A DNA stretch of 64,000 nt. Source: Eledone cirrhosa (lineage: Eukaryota). Positions 1 to 13,880 of this stretch are shown here, piece by piece (within the stretch, counting starts at the first letter, position 1; every line of letters begins with the position of its first letter). The stretch lies in contig OZ024741.1 in assembly GCA_964016885.1 (NCBI GenBank), forward strand, positions 226,486,001 through 226,550,000, in the 5' to 3' direction. The notes under the pieces are model-generated. The model saw only the letters and a list, made by a program, of their open reading frames with translations. It had not been told where the DNA came from and did not search any database. The position numbers and the translations under genes were made by a program.

Positions 1-228
1 ATATCAGATATATTTCAAAGCAGAAGTATTATTAACATTCTTTGTGTAATATACTTGATATATTGACTAAGTAATACTCTCTTTATAACACCGTTCACTA
101 TTTTACTATCTTTTCACTGTAATATTATTTTGTTCTTCAATATGATGTCACTGACACTGTTAATTATAATGTATCTTAATGAACGTTCTAAAGACTAGGA
201 ATGTAATTACTTGTTTTAACATTGTATA

Positions 229-275
229 TGCTCCGAGGATTCCAGACATTTGTCTGGAAGAAACGATCGTCAGCA
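229..275 (+). ncRNA. Minimal type I hammerhead ribozyme, C4 core variant
   Basis: TGCT-CCGAGGA-TTCCAGACA tt TGTCTGGAA-GAAA-CGATCG-TC-AGCA: stem I TGCT/AGCA, 9-bp stem II, palindromic stem III, GUC site; related copy at 48490-48534. Confidence 0.75.
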
Positions 276-695
276 GTTAAATGCATTAAACAAAGATTTG
301 ATTGTTTTATATACTATATAAATGGCAATTTCTGTCTGTGTATCTGTGTATAACCAGTTGGCGCCTACACCAGTGATTCGATCCTAGTGAAACTTTAAAC
401 ACATGTTAAGCTAATATTCAGAAAAAGGATTGGCTAACTGGATTTCAATAAAAGTCAATAATGGAACCCCTGGTGACATCTTTACAATAGAGGAGGAAAG
501 ACAAGAAGTTTCAGTGAGAGAGGGGGAAGAGGAGATACTACTACTGTATGTGAAACCTTCCCTCCCACTACTCCCCTTCCACTTCCCACAACTTAGTCCT
601 CCAAAACGAAGCAACAACTTATTAGTAATATACATAAAGAAATTTCAAATAAAGCAGATGACAATGTAATTTTCGTTGACGACTGAACAGATGTC

Positions 696-699
<4 letters not shown>

Positions 700-774
<75 letters not shown>
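700..774. repeat. (TA)n microsatellite (one of dozens in the window)
   Basis: Perfect TA run. Confidence 0.95.
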
Positions 775-777
<3 letters not shown>

Positions 778-1122
778 TGAAAAATGGTGAGCTGTGTTGT
801 TGTAAATATGATATATATAATAACGAATTGGAAATAGAAGCCAGGACTATCCATCATCAGTGGTCTACTAGCCATCATAGCTATTTCTTCCAATTACAGA
901 CCATATACCTCCGGCTAGGGCAATACAATAACTAAATTAAGTTATCGGGATAAAAAGAGTTGGGTGGAGAAAGAGAGACAGGTAAACAAACACGAATGGT
1001 GAGGCAACGTAAAGAGAGGAAAAAAATGAGAAAATCAAGTCAATGATTCATTTGAACATAAGAACTTGCGAATATTGACGATAAGGCAAAAGACACATCT
1101 TGGCCGTATATATATATATATA

Positions 1123-1272
1123 TAACGAAGGAAATGTGGTAAGGAACCAGGTGGACCATAACGCACCTAAGTACTCAATACTTAGGGTAGTAGAGTGGGT
1201 AATAGGAACGAGTAGGACCCAGAATTAGCCGTCGAAACAGCTTGAGCTCAGCCCGTCGGGGTCCTACTCGTT

Positions 1273-1276
<4 letters not shown>
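1123..1276 (+). mobile_element. Short (TA)n-embedded repeat ending in a fold-back hairpin (copies 21383-21561, 29089-29263, 40981-41070 minus)
   Basis: Shared AACGAAGGA..GACCATAACGCA..AGTACTCAA.ACTTAGGG.AGTAGAGT core; terminal inverted arms GGAACGAGTAGGACCC/GGGTCCTACTCGTTCC. Confidence 0.75.
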
Positions 1277-1350
<74 letters not shown>

Positions 1351-1824
1351 ATCCACTGATATGGATTCTGAACACGTCCACACGCTTAGGTCGCATTAAG
1401 GTCAACTGCAGGAATCGGTGATAAGTTACAAAAAAGTGTGATGATCAATGACCTGGAAGTTGGCTCGCCATTAGATTAGTCCGAAGGACCCTGTCTCAGT
1501 TTTTACGGCGCATCCGGGAATTGAGCGACTCAACAGCAGAGGACAACTCTTTCGTGAAACAATTATTCTTTTGCCATTTGCCAATAAATTTGCAGACCAT
1601 ATTGGCAAATATAGTCGACACCAGTTCTCTGGAACAAATTGCAGCCTTGACGGAATTTTCTTGTGTGCCTACTTCGGCAGATTCACTCGTCGCTTCTTCT
1701 GCTTTTAAAACCCAGCCTGCTTCACCTTGTGAGGATTCAATGTTGAGAGCCATTGACGCGTTAACTCGTAAAGTAGCTAAACCTGTATTCAACCCTGCTC
1801 TTTTGAGACTTCGGAAAACTGAAA

Positions 1825-2300
1825 TTGGAGAGTCTGGGCACGGCAGACCTCTCCCTCATTAATTCACCTTATCGTGCTTTCTTTATCAGAGACCGAGTCT
1901 CAAACAGATCATTTAAGGTGGATACCGAATCTAGTTGCAGTATTTGGCCTCTTCGGTTCAGCTCTACCAAGTCACATTTTTCCGGCATTTATTTATACGC
2001 AGTGAATCAGTTCCGATCAAAACATATGGTCAAATATCTTTATCGTTGCATTTAGCTTTGCGTCGGTATTTCAAATGGATTTTTGTCATTGCGGACCTAC
2101 CTCATCCTATTCTCGGTGCTGATTTTTTACACCACTATTCACTTTTGGTAGATATCAGGAGGCAGAAACTTGTGGACGGTACCACATCTTTATCTACGCC
2201 TGCTCGTAGGTCTACTGCTACTGTCATAAGTCGCTCATTTTTTTATAGCTGCCTCTGGAAACCAGTTTCATTCAATTCTTTCCCTCGTTTCCCGAGTTAA
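1825..2300 (+). pseudogene. pol: Gypsy aspartic protease (frameshifted)
   Basis: FKVDTESSCSIWP (decayed LVDTGA) and PILGADFLHHYSLLVD motifs in two frames. Confidence 0.9.
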
Positions 2301-2371
2301 CTGACATCTCATTTAAACCGAATCGACACTTTATTACAACTGCCCCGCCTGTTTTCTCTCGTCCACGTAGG

Positions 2372-3025
2372 TTGGATCCGGACAGGCTAAAGAAAGCCAG
2401 AGATGAGTTCGAACACATGCTTCAGTTTGGTCTTATTCGACCTTCCACCAGCCCATGGGCAGCTCCGCTTAACTTGGCTCGAAAGGGTGAGGCGGATTTT
2501 AGGCCGGTGGGAGATTATCGACGACTTAATGCCATCACTACACCTTATCGTTATCCTTTACCAAATTTACAGGATTTTTCATCCGTTCTGCATGGATGCA
2601 AGATATTTTCTAAAATAGATCTGGTACGGGCTTACCATCAAATACCCATGCATCCAGAAGACATACCAAAAACAGCTGTTACCACCCCCTTTGGTTCGTT
2701 TGAATTTCTGTCCATGCCTTTTGGTTTGCGGAATGCTTCTAGCACGTTCCAGCGTTTTAGCGAAGAAGTCACGCGTGAATTGGATTTCGTGTTTGCTTAC
2801 GTGGATGATCTCCTGATAGCCAGTGACACAGCTGAAAACCATCATCAACATCTATTCCAGTTATTTCAACGTCTCCAATCGTACCAAGTCAGAATCAACC
2901 CAGCTAAATGCGTGTTTGGTACAGCTTCACTGGAATTCCTTGGACATCTTATAGATTCAGAAGGCATTCGACCTTTGCCATCTAAGGTGGAAGCGATTCA
3001 GCGTATCGCACCCCCACCTCCCTGA
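2372..3025 (+). pseudogene. pol: Gypsy reverse transcriptase
   Basis: [41 protein letters not shown] motifs. Confidence 0.97.
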
Positions 3026-3042
3026 AACAATTACGTCATTTC

Positions 3043-4858
3043 TTGGGATTAATTAACTTTTATCGTCGCTTCATTCCTAACTGTGCGGACAAGTTGTTTC
3101 CCTTGACACAGTTTTTAAAGGCTGCAAAAAAGAAAGATGCTCCTATTTCACTTTCTGCTGATGCTTTGCAGTTTTTTGAATCCGTCAAGTCCGAGATAGC
3201 TAAAGTTTCCTTCCTCGCCCATCCTGTTGCAAACGCGAGGCTTTCTTCAACTGTTGATGCATCTGATCATGCTGTTGGAACAGTTTTTGCACATGCAATC
3301 GACCACCAGGTTCAACCACCAGCATTCTTCTCACGCCAACTTAAACCAGCGAACAGAGATACAGCACCTTTGACAGAGAACTTTTGGCAGTTTATTTTGC
3401 CGTGAAGCGCTTCCACCATTTTTTAGAAGGGAGGCAGTTTACGCTATTCACGGACCATCAACCGCTAACATTCGCTCTTCAATCCAAGTCCGACAGGTAC
3501 TCTCCGAGAGCATATAGGCATTTGGATCTCATCTCCCAGTACACCAGTGACATTCGTCATATAGCCGGAACTGCCAACATACCTGCGGACGCACTATCTC
3601 GACTTTCTGTGTGTTCTCTTGCGTCTCCTGCGCATATCGATTTGGTTGCCATGGCAACTGACCAACCTACTTTGGATTCGTTGGACATTTCTTTTGACCA
3701 GTTCTCCTGCTGCAAATTGGAATATTTACCATCTTCTGAAAGGAAAATTATCTGCGATATTTCTACTGGCTCACCCAGACCACTTGTTCCAGATTGCCAT
3801 CAACGTACCGTTTTTGATGCACTTCATTCCTTGTCCCATCCCGGCATAGTTGCCACGGTGAAGCTCATCACGGCCCGATTATTCTGGCCTAATATGCGTC
3901 GTTTAATCAACGGTTGGGCACGTTCTTGTTTGAAGTGTCAGCGCTCCAAGATTCATCGGCATGTCCGCGCTCCTCTTGGGAAATTCAGCCCGCCGGACGC
4001 CCGTTTTCGTCATATTCATATGGATATTGTTGGTCCGTGGCCCGTTAGTCGTGGGTTTATATATATATATTGACCTGTATCGATCGTTTCTCTTCGTGGC
4101 CTGAAGCCATACCCCTAGTGGACATAACAGCAGAGTCCGTTGCCCGAGCTTTCATTTCCAATTGGATTGCTCGCTTTGGTGTTCCTGCTAAAATAACTAC
4201 GGATCGCGGACGACAGTTCGAAGCTTCCTTATTTCGTGAAATATCACGACTCTTGGGTGCTCATCACATTCATACGACCAGCTATCACCCAGCCTCCAAT
4301 GGAATGGTGGAGAGGTTTCACAGACAGTTGAAAGCTGCTCTTTGCACTACCCCTGATCCGCAACGTTGGATCGAATTTTTGCCAATCATGCTTCTTGGTT
4401 GTCGTTCTGCCATTAAGACAGATTTGGGTTTTTCTTCTGCTGAACTTCTTTATGGTACCACATTGACTCTTCCTGGACAAATGTTAACACCAGTGGATTC
4501 ATATTTCTCGGATCTTCCACCAATGAACCCTCGTGACCAGTCTATTTCTTCTGCTGTCCCATCGGACATCTCTACGGGGACATATATTTTTATATGGAAT
4601 GATTCCGTCAAGCGACCGCTTACGTCACTCTACAATGGACCTTTTCGTGTGCTTTCGCACACACCCAAACATTTCACAGTGGCTGTCAATGGTCGAAAAG
4701 AGACAATATCCATTGACAGAGCAAAGAAGGCTTTCTCTGAAAGTCTCATTACACTGCCTGACATACCTCGTAGATACATTTCCCCACCAACACCTTCACC
4801 TCCACAGCAAACACCACATACCAACAACCTTATGTCACACGAGGTGGTAGGACAGTAA
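3043..4858 (+). pseudogene. pol: Gypsy RNase H plus integrase (frameshifted)
   Basis: VDASD, FTDHQPL, ADALSR; zinc finger H-x3-H...CxxC; [31 protein letters not shown] (GPY/F). Confidence 0.96.
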
Positions 4859-5236
4859 AATGGCCAAGTAAACTCTCAAAAACTATATACATTTAACCCC
4901 TAGTGGCATTAACAAACTTCTTTTTCAGTTTCAGATAGAACTAGCGTCAGAAATGTCTGTACACTAGTGATGTATGAACTATTTGACTTTAAAAAAAAAC
5001 TAAAAAAAACTTTGAACTTACCATTGTGCATTAATTTTTTTCTGCTCCTTTATATTAACTTGAATAATCAGTTTGTTACATTCACATTTTTCTTTGTAAA
5101 ATGCATTTATTTTTTTGTGCTCCTTTTTGCTATTTGCTTGCTCATGTTTTATTCATGCACTTTCTTGTACCTTTTGCTTTGCTCCTCATTTCTTACGGCT
5201 TCTAGCCACAATGACCTTCGGCTGAGAGGGGAGTCT

Positions 5237-5550
5237 TGTAGCGCTCTCTAGACAAGGGAAGTAGCTAGAGTTACTTCCCGTTGAAATTCTAGAACATTCC
5301 TTACAACTTCCGTTCAAGGGATTTTAAAAGATTGAGCTGAAATTCATCTCTCTCTCTTTTCAGCGGCACCTCTCAAACTGGACACATCGAGCGCAAGCAT
5401 GCTATCCCCTTTCCAACCATATCTTATAATTCAGGATTATACCTTGTCATGCCACGAGGTACATTTGCTTACCACATTTGTAATACTACAATAAATGCAA
5501 GTTTTTGATACTCGTTTTGAGAAACTCTTCATGCCTCAGTTATTACTTCA
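5237..5550 (+). repeat. Putative 3' LTR of the Gypsy element
   Basis: Polypurine tract GAGAGGGGAG just upstream; starts TGTAG, AATAAA at 5490, ends TTACTTCA; right boundary inferred because no second LTR exists to compare. Confidence 0.7.
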
Positions 5551-6674
5551 AATGTAGAGAGAGATAATTCTCGCAAAAGGAATTGTATGAACATTCTCCT
5601 ATATCTTCTTTCTATTAAATTTAGTAGTTGAGATCCGGTGGTACTTACTGGAGTGAGTAACCCTGGGAACAACTCACTAAAAAGGTAAGGGAGAGGAAGA
5701 GAGTCGGAGAGGAAGAGAGGGAAAGAGTAATAAAAAGCGTACTGTAGATGTACATATATTAAGATGTTAGTATGAAGTAGCTAGCTGTAATGTTGTATGT
5801 GAGGGCAATACCTTCCAAACCTACTTTACTACTAAGTCTTATAAGATTTTCAAAATAAATCATAATTATTTTTTACTGAATTTTATTTAAAAAATGCCTT
5901 ACCATGCGGAATCCAAGGATTTTTCCCTAGTTTGGATAACACTTCCTTACAGATATATATCTAAATTATAACTAGATTACAGTTTATATAAGAAGGTTTG
6001 GGTTTTAGCTATATGGTAAAATTCAGAATATATAATGCAATTTAATAACATCATATTGGATTATGGCTGGCTCATGAGATTTAAGTTGTGCTTCGTTTGT
6101 AGAGGCGAATCTAAATGTTCTTTATGTAAAGATTTCACCACCGTTATTTTGTATTACTATGGTCATTAACTACAGTAAGATATATTTCCTATTGATATTT
6201 TTGCTACTGGTAAATTTTATGGAATGTATCGACAGCACTAGCACAGCCTGGTTCAGATTAAAAGCGTATATAATGTATGCATGTATAGATCCATAATTCC
6301 TGGTGTATACATGGGAGTATAGTACTGAAATACGACGTTTCTTGCGTATTGTAACCCTAGTGGAGCCTATCACTTTCCAGGCCTGAGCACAACCGATTTA
6401 TTCTAGAGAAGGTAATGGAAAGATAGAGAAGTGAGAAATACATATAGAAGAATTGACTCCAGTACTGGGCTAATGTGTTTTTTATCGATCTCGAAAGGAG
6501 GAAAAACAAAGTTGACTTCGGCGGGATTTAAAATCTGAGCGCAGAGTGCAGAAAAAAATACTGACGTTCTAATTAGTCTACTGATTCACCACCCATATAC
6601 AAAATATAAACGTATATTCTCGCTGTAAAATGGTGTAGGGAAGAACAAAAGAGAGACACAAAACAACAAAAGTA

Positions 6675-6717
6675 GTCACTGAGGAGGTGACAGAATATGT
6701 GACGAAAGAGCTTTGAT
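6675..6717 (+). ncRNA. Type I hammerhead motif in a TA-associated repeat (family also at 16380-16880 and 29350-29640)
   Basis: GTCA-CTGAGGA-g GTGACA gaata TGTGAC-GAAA-GAGC-TT-TGAT with one stem II mismatch; sister copy near 16595 CTGACGA t GTTGCA gatg TGCAAC GAAA. Confidence 0.6.
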
Positions 6718-6891
6718 GATAATCAACTACTAAACAAACATCCGGTTATTAAACAAACCGACAGGGATATTGTTATAATAAATTGAAGTGAGACCCAAAA
6801 GGTGCGCGTGTATTGTATTGGCAGAATGACCCTTCCAAAGTATAATAATATCTGTTTCAACACACGTTTACAAAACAAACACAAATATGAA

Positions 6892-6962
<71 letters not shown>

Positions 6963-7168
6963 TACATATATATTATTATTATGTAATAAACAATAAACAA
7001 ACCAGGATTTTTTCATTCTGAGGATTGAAAGCAAAACCTTTTGCTTTTAAGAAACCACTGGTAAATGGAATAATTGCCTTATGTTGTTTATTACATAATA
7101 ATTATAATTAAGCTCTGTTACCTACATAGAGCACTCTTTTTTCCTGGACTTTTCCGACGGAATTACTT

Positions 7169-7207
<39 letters not shown>

Positions 7208-7764
7208 ACATTTGTATGTAACTTCTCGTAATTCTATTTATTTTATACGTTTGATGTTGTTTTCCCGAGATCTTCGCACATTATTAAGGTATATGTGGTT
7301 TGGTTTAATGTTTGTATTGCTTGATGTGGTTACTAGAAATAGAACATTATCATGTTTGGGGAATTTCTAATACCTTGAAATAGTTGTTTGAATGGGTAGA
7401 ATTCGTTTCCCGAGTGATATTGTGTTTGGCTAGATAACATTTATAGTATTTATTGATTCCAGAAATATGCTGGGGTATATCTAAATGTGTTATACTGAGG
7501 TTGTCTACCTTTCCCCGCTTTTTTCTTCTTTTATTCCTTGATTGGTTTCAGTTTACGTCCATGCTGCAGCACCACAATGAAGGAATTATTTTTTAAAATC
7601 TGGTATTTGTTTTATCGATTTCTTTTTGCAATAACGCTAGGTTATATGACATAAATAGACAGATACACACACATGCGCACGCACACACTGACATACATAC
7701 ACATACAGACACACACGGGTGCGCGCATATACAAACACACACATATCTAATATATATCTATATT

Positions 7765-7933
7765 CCTGGGTTACTCTGCTGAAAATGAGTACCAGCAATA
7801 GCTTGGCGTTTAACTCTGTGATGGACTGGCGTGCTGTCCAGGGTGCTGTCTTGTACTCTCTGTTCCTTCACGCCATGAAACCGGGATAAGCACCGGCCTC
7901 ATGAGCCTTCTGGCTTGGGACAGACTTTAGACT
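7765..7933 (+). mobile_element. SINE 3' half (same family as 45590-45880)
   Basis: GCTGAAAATGAGTACCAG..GATGGACTGG..GGGATAAGCACC..ATGAGCCTTCTGGCT..ACAGACTTTAGACT shared with the 45590-45880 copy. Confidence 0.75.
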
Positions 7934-8066
<133 letters not shown>

Positions 8067-8394
8067 TATGGTGCTGAGACCTAGGAGACCACTAACCATG
8101 TGAGTACTCGATACAAGGGGAGATACAGAGTGGGTATAGATATGTGTAAAATCTCAACCATCGGGATTTTACATCTCTCTCTCTCTCTTTCTCTCCCTAG
8201 ATATATTCATATATATTATACGGTATCACCAATTTTCATCAAAACAACTTCCAACAAAACCACTTTTAACAGAATCTTACAGATACTCTTGTTGCCAATA
8301 ACCACCTGATTTGTTTGTTGGCCTATGCTGAAAAAATACAATACAACGCAGTGAACAACGACTAAAGTCAATACAACGATATATTATTCTATTA

Positions 8395-8855
8395 ATTCTG
8401 AGTTCAAATCCCGCCGAGGTTAACTTTGTCTTTCATCCTTACGGGGTCGATAAAATAAAGTACCAGTAATGCACTGGGTAATTTCTGGCCTTATGCCAAA
8501 AGTAGAAACAATTAATTGAAGAATAATTAATTGCTTTCTATCGATGGCTCCTATGAAACTTATGAAACTGGTCCTAGTAGAAACTTTGTAATGTTTCTAA
8601 ACATTTTTAGATGGAAATTCTATTTTTATTATTTGGATTGGCAGTATAGGTAGAGCGTTGGACACCATGCATTGCAGGATAGATTTATGGCCCTTTACGT
8701 TCTGAGTTCAAATCCTGTCGAAGTTAGCTTTGCTTTTCATCCTTGCGGGGTCGATGAAATAAAGCACCAGTAATGCACTGGGGTCGATTTAATCGACCCC
8801 CCCCCCCAAAAAAAAAAGAAAATTGCTGACTTGTGCCTTAATCAGAAACAATTAT
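8395..8855 (+). mobile_element. Two tRNA-derived Nin-domain SINE copies
   Basis: B box GAGTTCAAATCC, Nin-like TTTCATCCTT.CGGGGTCGAT.AAATAAAG.ACCAG, tail AGAAACAATTA. Confidence 0.85.
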
Positions 8856-9039
8856 TTATATTAAAAATGATTCTATATTTACGATTCTTCTGTGTATCAA
8901 ATAATTTTACACAATAGTATATTTACAAAATCGTTGAATGAACGATCGTTTCGATGAAATCTCGTCTCGACAAAATGTTGTTTCAACAAAAAGTAATTCG
9001 GTGAAAAGTTGTTTGACGGAATCCCGTGTCATATATAAA

Positions 9040-9500
9040 ACATCATCATCGTTATCATCATCATCATCATCATCATCATCGTCATCGTCGTCGTCGTTAT
9101 CATCATCATCATCCTCGTTATCTTTATCATCTTCGTCATCATATTATGGCCCAGTTTAGGCTGACATATGTTGACGGATTTTTCCAGCTCGGGTCATTTT
9201 TTATTCAAAATTACGGCTCATCCAGAAAGCTCTGGTATCTACGTCTCGCTAATTCGTTCTAATTTTGTCATGGTTTCTATGGCTGGATGCCCTTCATAAC
9301 ACCAAGCAGTTTACAGAGTATACTAGGTGGATTTAACATGACACTAGCATTAGCGAGGTTCTCATGCCCTCCTCGATAATACTTACTATCCCTTTCGACT
9401 CTACGGTGTCTCCATTCGATAGTCGACCATTTTACATAGTGTAGAAAGTGTACAGAATGTACTGGGTGCATTTTTTAACATGGTGCTAACACTAGTGAAG
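9040..9500 (-). mobile_element. Decayed RTE-related SINE/LINE 3' end with (GAT)n tail
   Basis: (TCA)n tract 9040-9140 followed by TTTCTATGGCTGGATGCCCTTC..AACACCAA motif, partially repeated at 9440-9500. Confidence 0.5.
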
Positions 9501-12479
9501 TTGCCTCACCCCTATAATGTACGAAGACCTATCTCCATTCTTACTCCTTTCCATTATTCAAAGGCGCTGTAGAGTTGAATTGGAAAGAAGGATGATAGGA
9601 GGGGAACAATTATAACTACATGTTAGATTTTGGTAGGGGGTGGTTCAGTACTATAAGTGAGTCATGGGAGCAGGACCGGTGCTGGACAGCAACCGAAAAG
9701 TTTGTTAATGAGTTATTGATGACAGTTACGTTATATGGAGAAGACATCGAGCTACATACAATTCTTTGTTACTCTTGTCATCAAAAGTCAGTGAACCGGT
9801 AATCGTCTTGTTGGGAACATGTAACCAGCGGAGCTATTGTTCACAAACTGTGATATAAGTAAAACAAAACAAAAATATATAGATATATATTGACGTGGTT
9901 TTATCCGTGTCTTTTTGAATATTCAGATATTGTTCCACTCCTAAACTTTTCTTCTCAAATGACATTACTCTCATTAAAATACATTGAAAATTTAATCTCG
10001 CTGTTTTTCTTTACTGCGTTACCTTTGCCAAACACACAATTTTGTATGTACTATATCCTCAGACCATTACTTATATCTTCCCATAATCTTAGGGGAAATC
10101 GTTATTCTAAGTGGAAGTAGTCTAAGATATTTCTTGTTTAATTTCTGGTGCAATTTACGTTATTTATGAAGCCGAGTATCGTGCAGGTACTTACTGCTAG
10201 TTAAATCACAAAAACGTATTTGCAAACAAACAGCCATTGTATCAAAGAACATTATATCTCAGACAGCCACTACACACACATTCATACACAATTCCATTAT
10301 ATTATAAACAAACGGAACAAACGGTATATGTGATAATAGTCCTTGATGAAATTTAGCCCAAGAGAAACTACACTGATGATAACAATCATTGAATGGATAT
10401 AATTCTAGTGAAAATGGACAGATGGCAACATATAATTCATCAACACGCAATGAATAGCTTGCTTTTATAGAGGACTGCCGTTCTTGTTAGTAGATTCAAG
10501 AGATACGGGAAGTATAGTTCTTGCAAGAGTGAAGAGGGAAGGTTTTTTTTCTTTAGCTTCGTGTTTCTTGTAATTTGTTGTTGTTGCTATTGTTGTTGTG
10601 TGCTTTTAGTAGTTGTTGTTGCTGTTGTATGTTTATTGTTATTGTTGTGGTGATGGTAAAGAAGTTTTCAGAGTAGACATCTGTGTACTGCTGCGATTTG
10701 ACAGCCTCTAGCTTTTCAAAGGTTTGTATAAAGGAGGTTCATTGTGATGTAACATAACGAAGGAGAGAGGAACATGGTGCAGTATCGAACATGAAATCAA
10801 ATATTATGTGGTTCGGATCCTGCCACGAACACTGCACTATGTATATGACAAAATTGATCATTATTCCCATTAATTTCTCACCAGAATTCCACCTTTTTCT
10901 ACATTTTTATTAAATACTTAACCCAATCCTTCTTTCCACCTACATTTCTCGTAATTCCTCTCCGCAAGGTTTATTCGTTTGTATATTGATATGATTGTGG
11001 CTGCTAAATTAGGAAAATGCACTTAGTTCGAATAAACTACCTGGCTGAGAATTCATATATTCCCAATTTTTTAAATGACAGAGGTTAATACAGTAACTTC
11101 AATCACTGTATACAGTGAACAGGTTAAATAAATAAATTCAATTCCCCAAACGTGTCAAAACTGATTGTTTCTTATCAGAATAAAGTATTCCAAAGACAAC
11201 TTTCAGTCTAGTGCACTAATATATTAGTGAAAGTTGCTGTACGCAATAAGATCACTGTGAAATTGATGAGTGTTTCGGTATCATAATGTTTTTCTTTTGA
11301 ACGTGGACAACGTGGCAACTCGTTCAATACTTTGTACACCACCACTCCAGATCGGAATCAAAATCAATGACTATTTTTATATAACTGATTCGTCTGATTT
11401 AAATTTCGCTGGGAGTAAAGAGTTTATTAGTGTTACATTATGCAAATCGGGCTACATCAAAGAGAACCCTCGACTTTTATAAGATGAAATGGATACTCTT
11501 GTTACATATAGGAGCGAAAGTATTAAATAGAAATTATGTTCGAAGCTTGTTCGTCCCCTTTAAACCTAAAAGGTTTCTTTATTAAACATGGATATGTATG
11601 AGAGAAGAAATCTATTTATTGTTGATAATGTTGTTATGGCAACAATAGACAATGTTAAATACACACAACTGTGTGCACGTAACAAAGGATTGTTTATGAG
11701 CTCAGAGTCAAGTCAAATGGCTGATGCCACGAAATCGGATTAGTCATCTGTTATTTGTGTAATATAGTTTGTCCACCCATACTTAGTCATATTAATCAGC
11801 TATATAAGAGCGAATGACAGTGAAAACATTTACTAATGAGACACAATTCATTTTATACATATTTCTTAAACACTTCCTCACATCATACAATAATTACTGT
11901 CTGCTTGACCTCTTCAACGACATAATGGTTTCTAAATTCCGCTCAAAGCTACCAATTTTGAGAGGTTAGCGTATAGTTGACACTAGCACTTATGTTGTTC
12001 ATATTACATGAACGACAGAAAGCAGTTAACATTCGCACTTGTCCTGTATTTATTTTATGAACCATCGAGGAACGAAGCATGACGTCGACAGAGGATTGCT
12101 TCATGAAGAAATGAAATCAGAATATAGAAACATTTAAGAGAAAACGGTTAATTGGCATGATTATTAAGAAGATAGAAGAATTTGCAATATTCGTTCCGGC
12201 TCGCCACATTAAGTTCAATTTACCTTTAAACCTTTCGAAAGGTTTTAAATGCTTAGGCACGCCGTGTATCAAAACAGCTTTTCCTCCACAGACATAATCA
12301 GGAATTTAGGACCGAAGGAAGGAACAGAGAAACATATTGAAACATAACAAGGCAACATTCCACCGATTCTGCAATTTACTTCCCTCACTATAATCGATAC
12401 AAAATACTGCCACCACTATCGCTAACGCCATCATCACTACTACTGATATCAACAAGAACAATGCACTGTTGAAAGAACC

Positions 12480-12875
12480 TCTATATTTTCGATTGACCTG
12501 CAAGAAATGACAACCAAATTTCCTTCAAATTACATTCTATAATCAAAAAGATAGGAAGATGCATTGGATAATGTCGACCAAGTCCTGCCCACACATTAAC
12601 TCCAACAAATGTTTTTTGAATATAGACCTGTCAGATCAGGGTTGACTCGGTGCTAAACAGCAACAACAACAGCAACAACATGGATACAATTTAATGAAAG
12701 AATCCCAAGCAGGTCGTTGGACATGATGGAAATAGCTATCACATTTCCCTTAAATCATACCTTAACAAACGGAGCACCGTATGAAATAATGATGTGGTTG
12801 TTAAATCTGGAATACCTTTGATCAAAGGTCTTCTAAATCAGGACTGACTTGAGAGTCAAACAATAACAATAATAA
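12480..12875 (+). mobile_element. Two old SINE/LINE tails ending in (AAC)n (others at 13905-14020 minus, 14905-15075, 55580-55700 minus)
   Basis: Recurrent GAAATAGC..AAAT.TCC.TCAAATCACA..CATTGGATAATG..GATCAGGG.TGAC..CTAAACAACAAC. Confidence 0.55.
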
Positions 12876-13694
12876 TTAATCTTTTGCTTCAAAGTTCCAG
12901 TTTATTGACACCTACCCTATTACTTCACTGATACTTATTTATATTGACACTGGAGGGATAATAGGCAAATTCGGTGGCAATGGTATTTGAAATTAAAACA
13001 AAGTTTTTTTTAGTTACCACACAGCATTTAGGCCAGTATTCTACTAATTGTGACATCAACTTCCATCTCCTCTTTCTACTTGTTTTTGTGTTAAAAGTAG
13101 TGTATGATATTATGTATGTGAGTATAGACTTGACTCACCTAATGGTGAAGCTCACCCTCTAACCAGGTCTGAACATAACTGGCTTCTTCCTGAGTAGGAA
13201 AGTGAGAGAGAGGGCGAGAGAAAGGAGGTGGGACAGAGATGGGGGCGGGGGGGGGAGTAAAAAAGAGGGAAAATGAAACCAGTAGTTGATTTGAAATTAT
13301 GAACGGCAAAGTTGACCAAGGCAGGATTTGATCTCAGAGAGCACAGGGTCATCTCAAATACACAAAACATTCTATCTGCTGCTCTAATGACTGTCAATTC
13401 GCCACCTCGTATATCAGTGCATAAAAGTGTGTATACATTTTAGAGGAACGCCCTGAATATAGGGACAATCAGAATATCACCACCACTATTACCACAACAA
13501 CATTACGTTTACCAGAAGTATGGCCTTTACTCTGCTCTATCAGACTGCCAAATCAGGGTAGACGTTTTTTTTTTTTCACTTTTTACGTTCTTGCTGAGTA
13601 GTTCCAGGTAAGCAATCATCAATCAGAACTATGCGCAAAGGTGTTTTATACCCGATCTTCTCATCTTCTTTTCCCAGTGTATACTTGGACTTGG

Positions 13695-13880
13695 ATTGGA
13701 AGTATCGGTAAAGGGTCGGACGCCATGCTCTGCAGCAAAGAGTTACGGCCCTTTATGGTCTGAGTTCAAATCCCGCCGAGGTTAACTTTGCCTTTCATCC
13801 TTACGGGGGTCGATAAAATAAAGTACCAGTAATACACTGGGATAATTGCTGGCCTTGTGCTAAAAAGTAGAAACAATTAT
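13695..13880 (+). mobile_element. tRNA-derived Nin-domain SINE
   Basis: A box TGGAAGTATCGG, B box GAGTTCAAATCC, Nin domain, ATT tail. Confidence 0.9.

Larger units (their letters stand above)
1400..5550 (+). mobile_element. Degenerate Ty3/Gypsy LTR retrotransposon, 5' LTR missing
   Basis: gag remnant followed by protease, RT, RNase H and integrase in Gypsy order, then PPT and TG...CA LTR; many frameshifts. Confidence 0.95.

Noticed and set aside
825-905. Type II hammerhead on the minus strand (GAAATAGCTA..CCACTGATGA)
   Set aside because: Cleavage triplet is not NUH and stem II does not close adjacent to the core.
8219-9032. MITE with subterminal TTCGACGAAA-like repeats
   Set aside because: Ends are only loosely complementary and no TSD is found.
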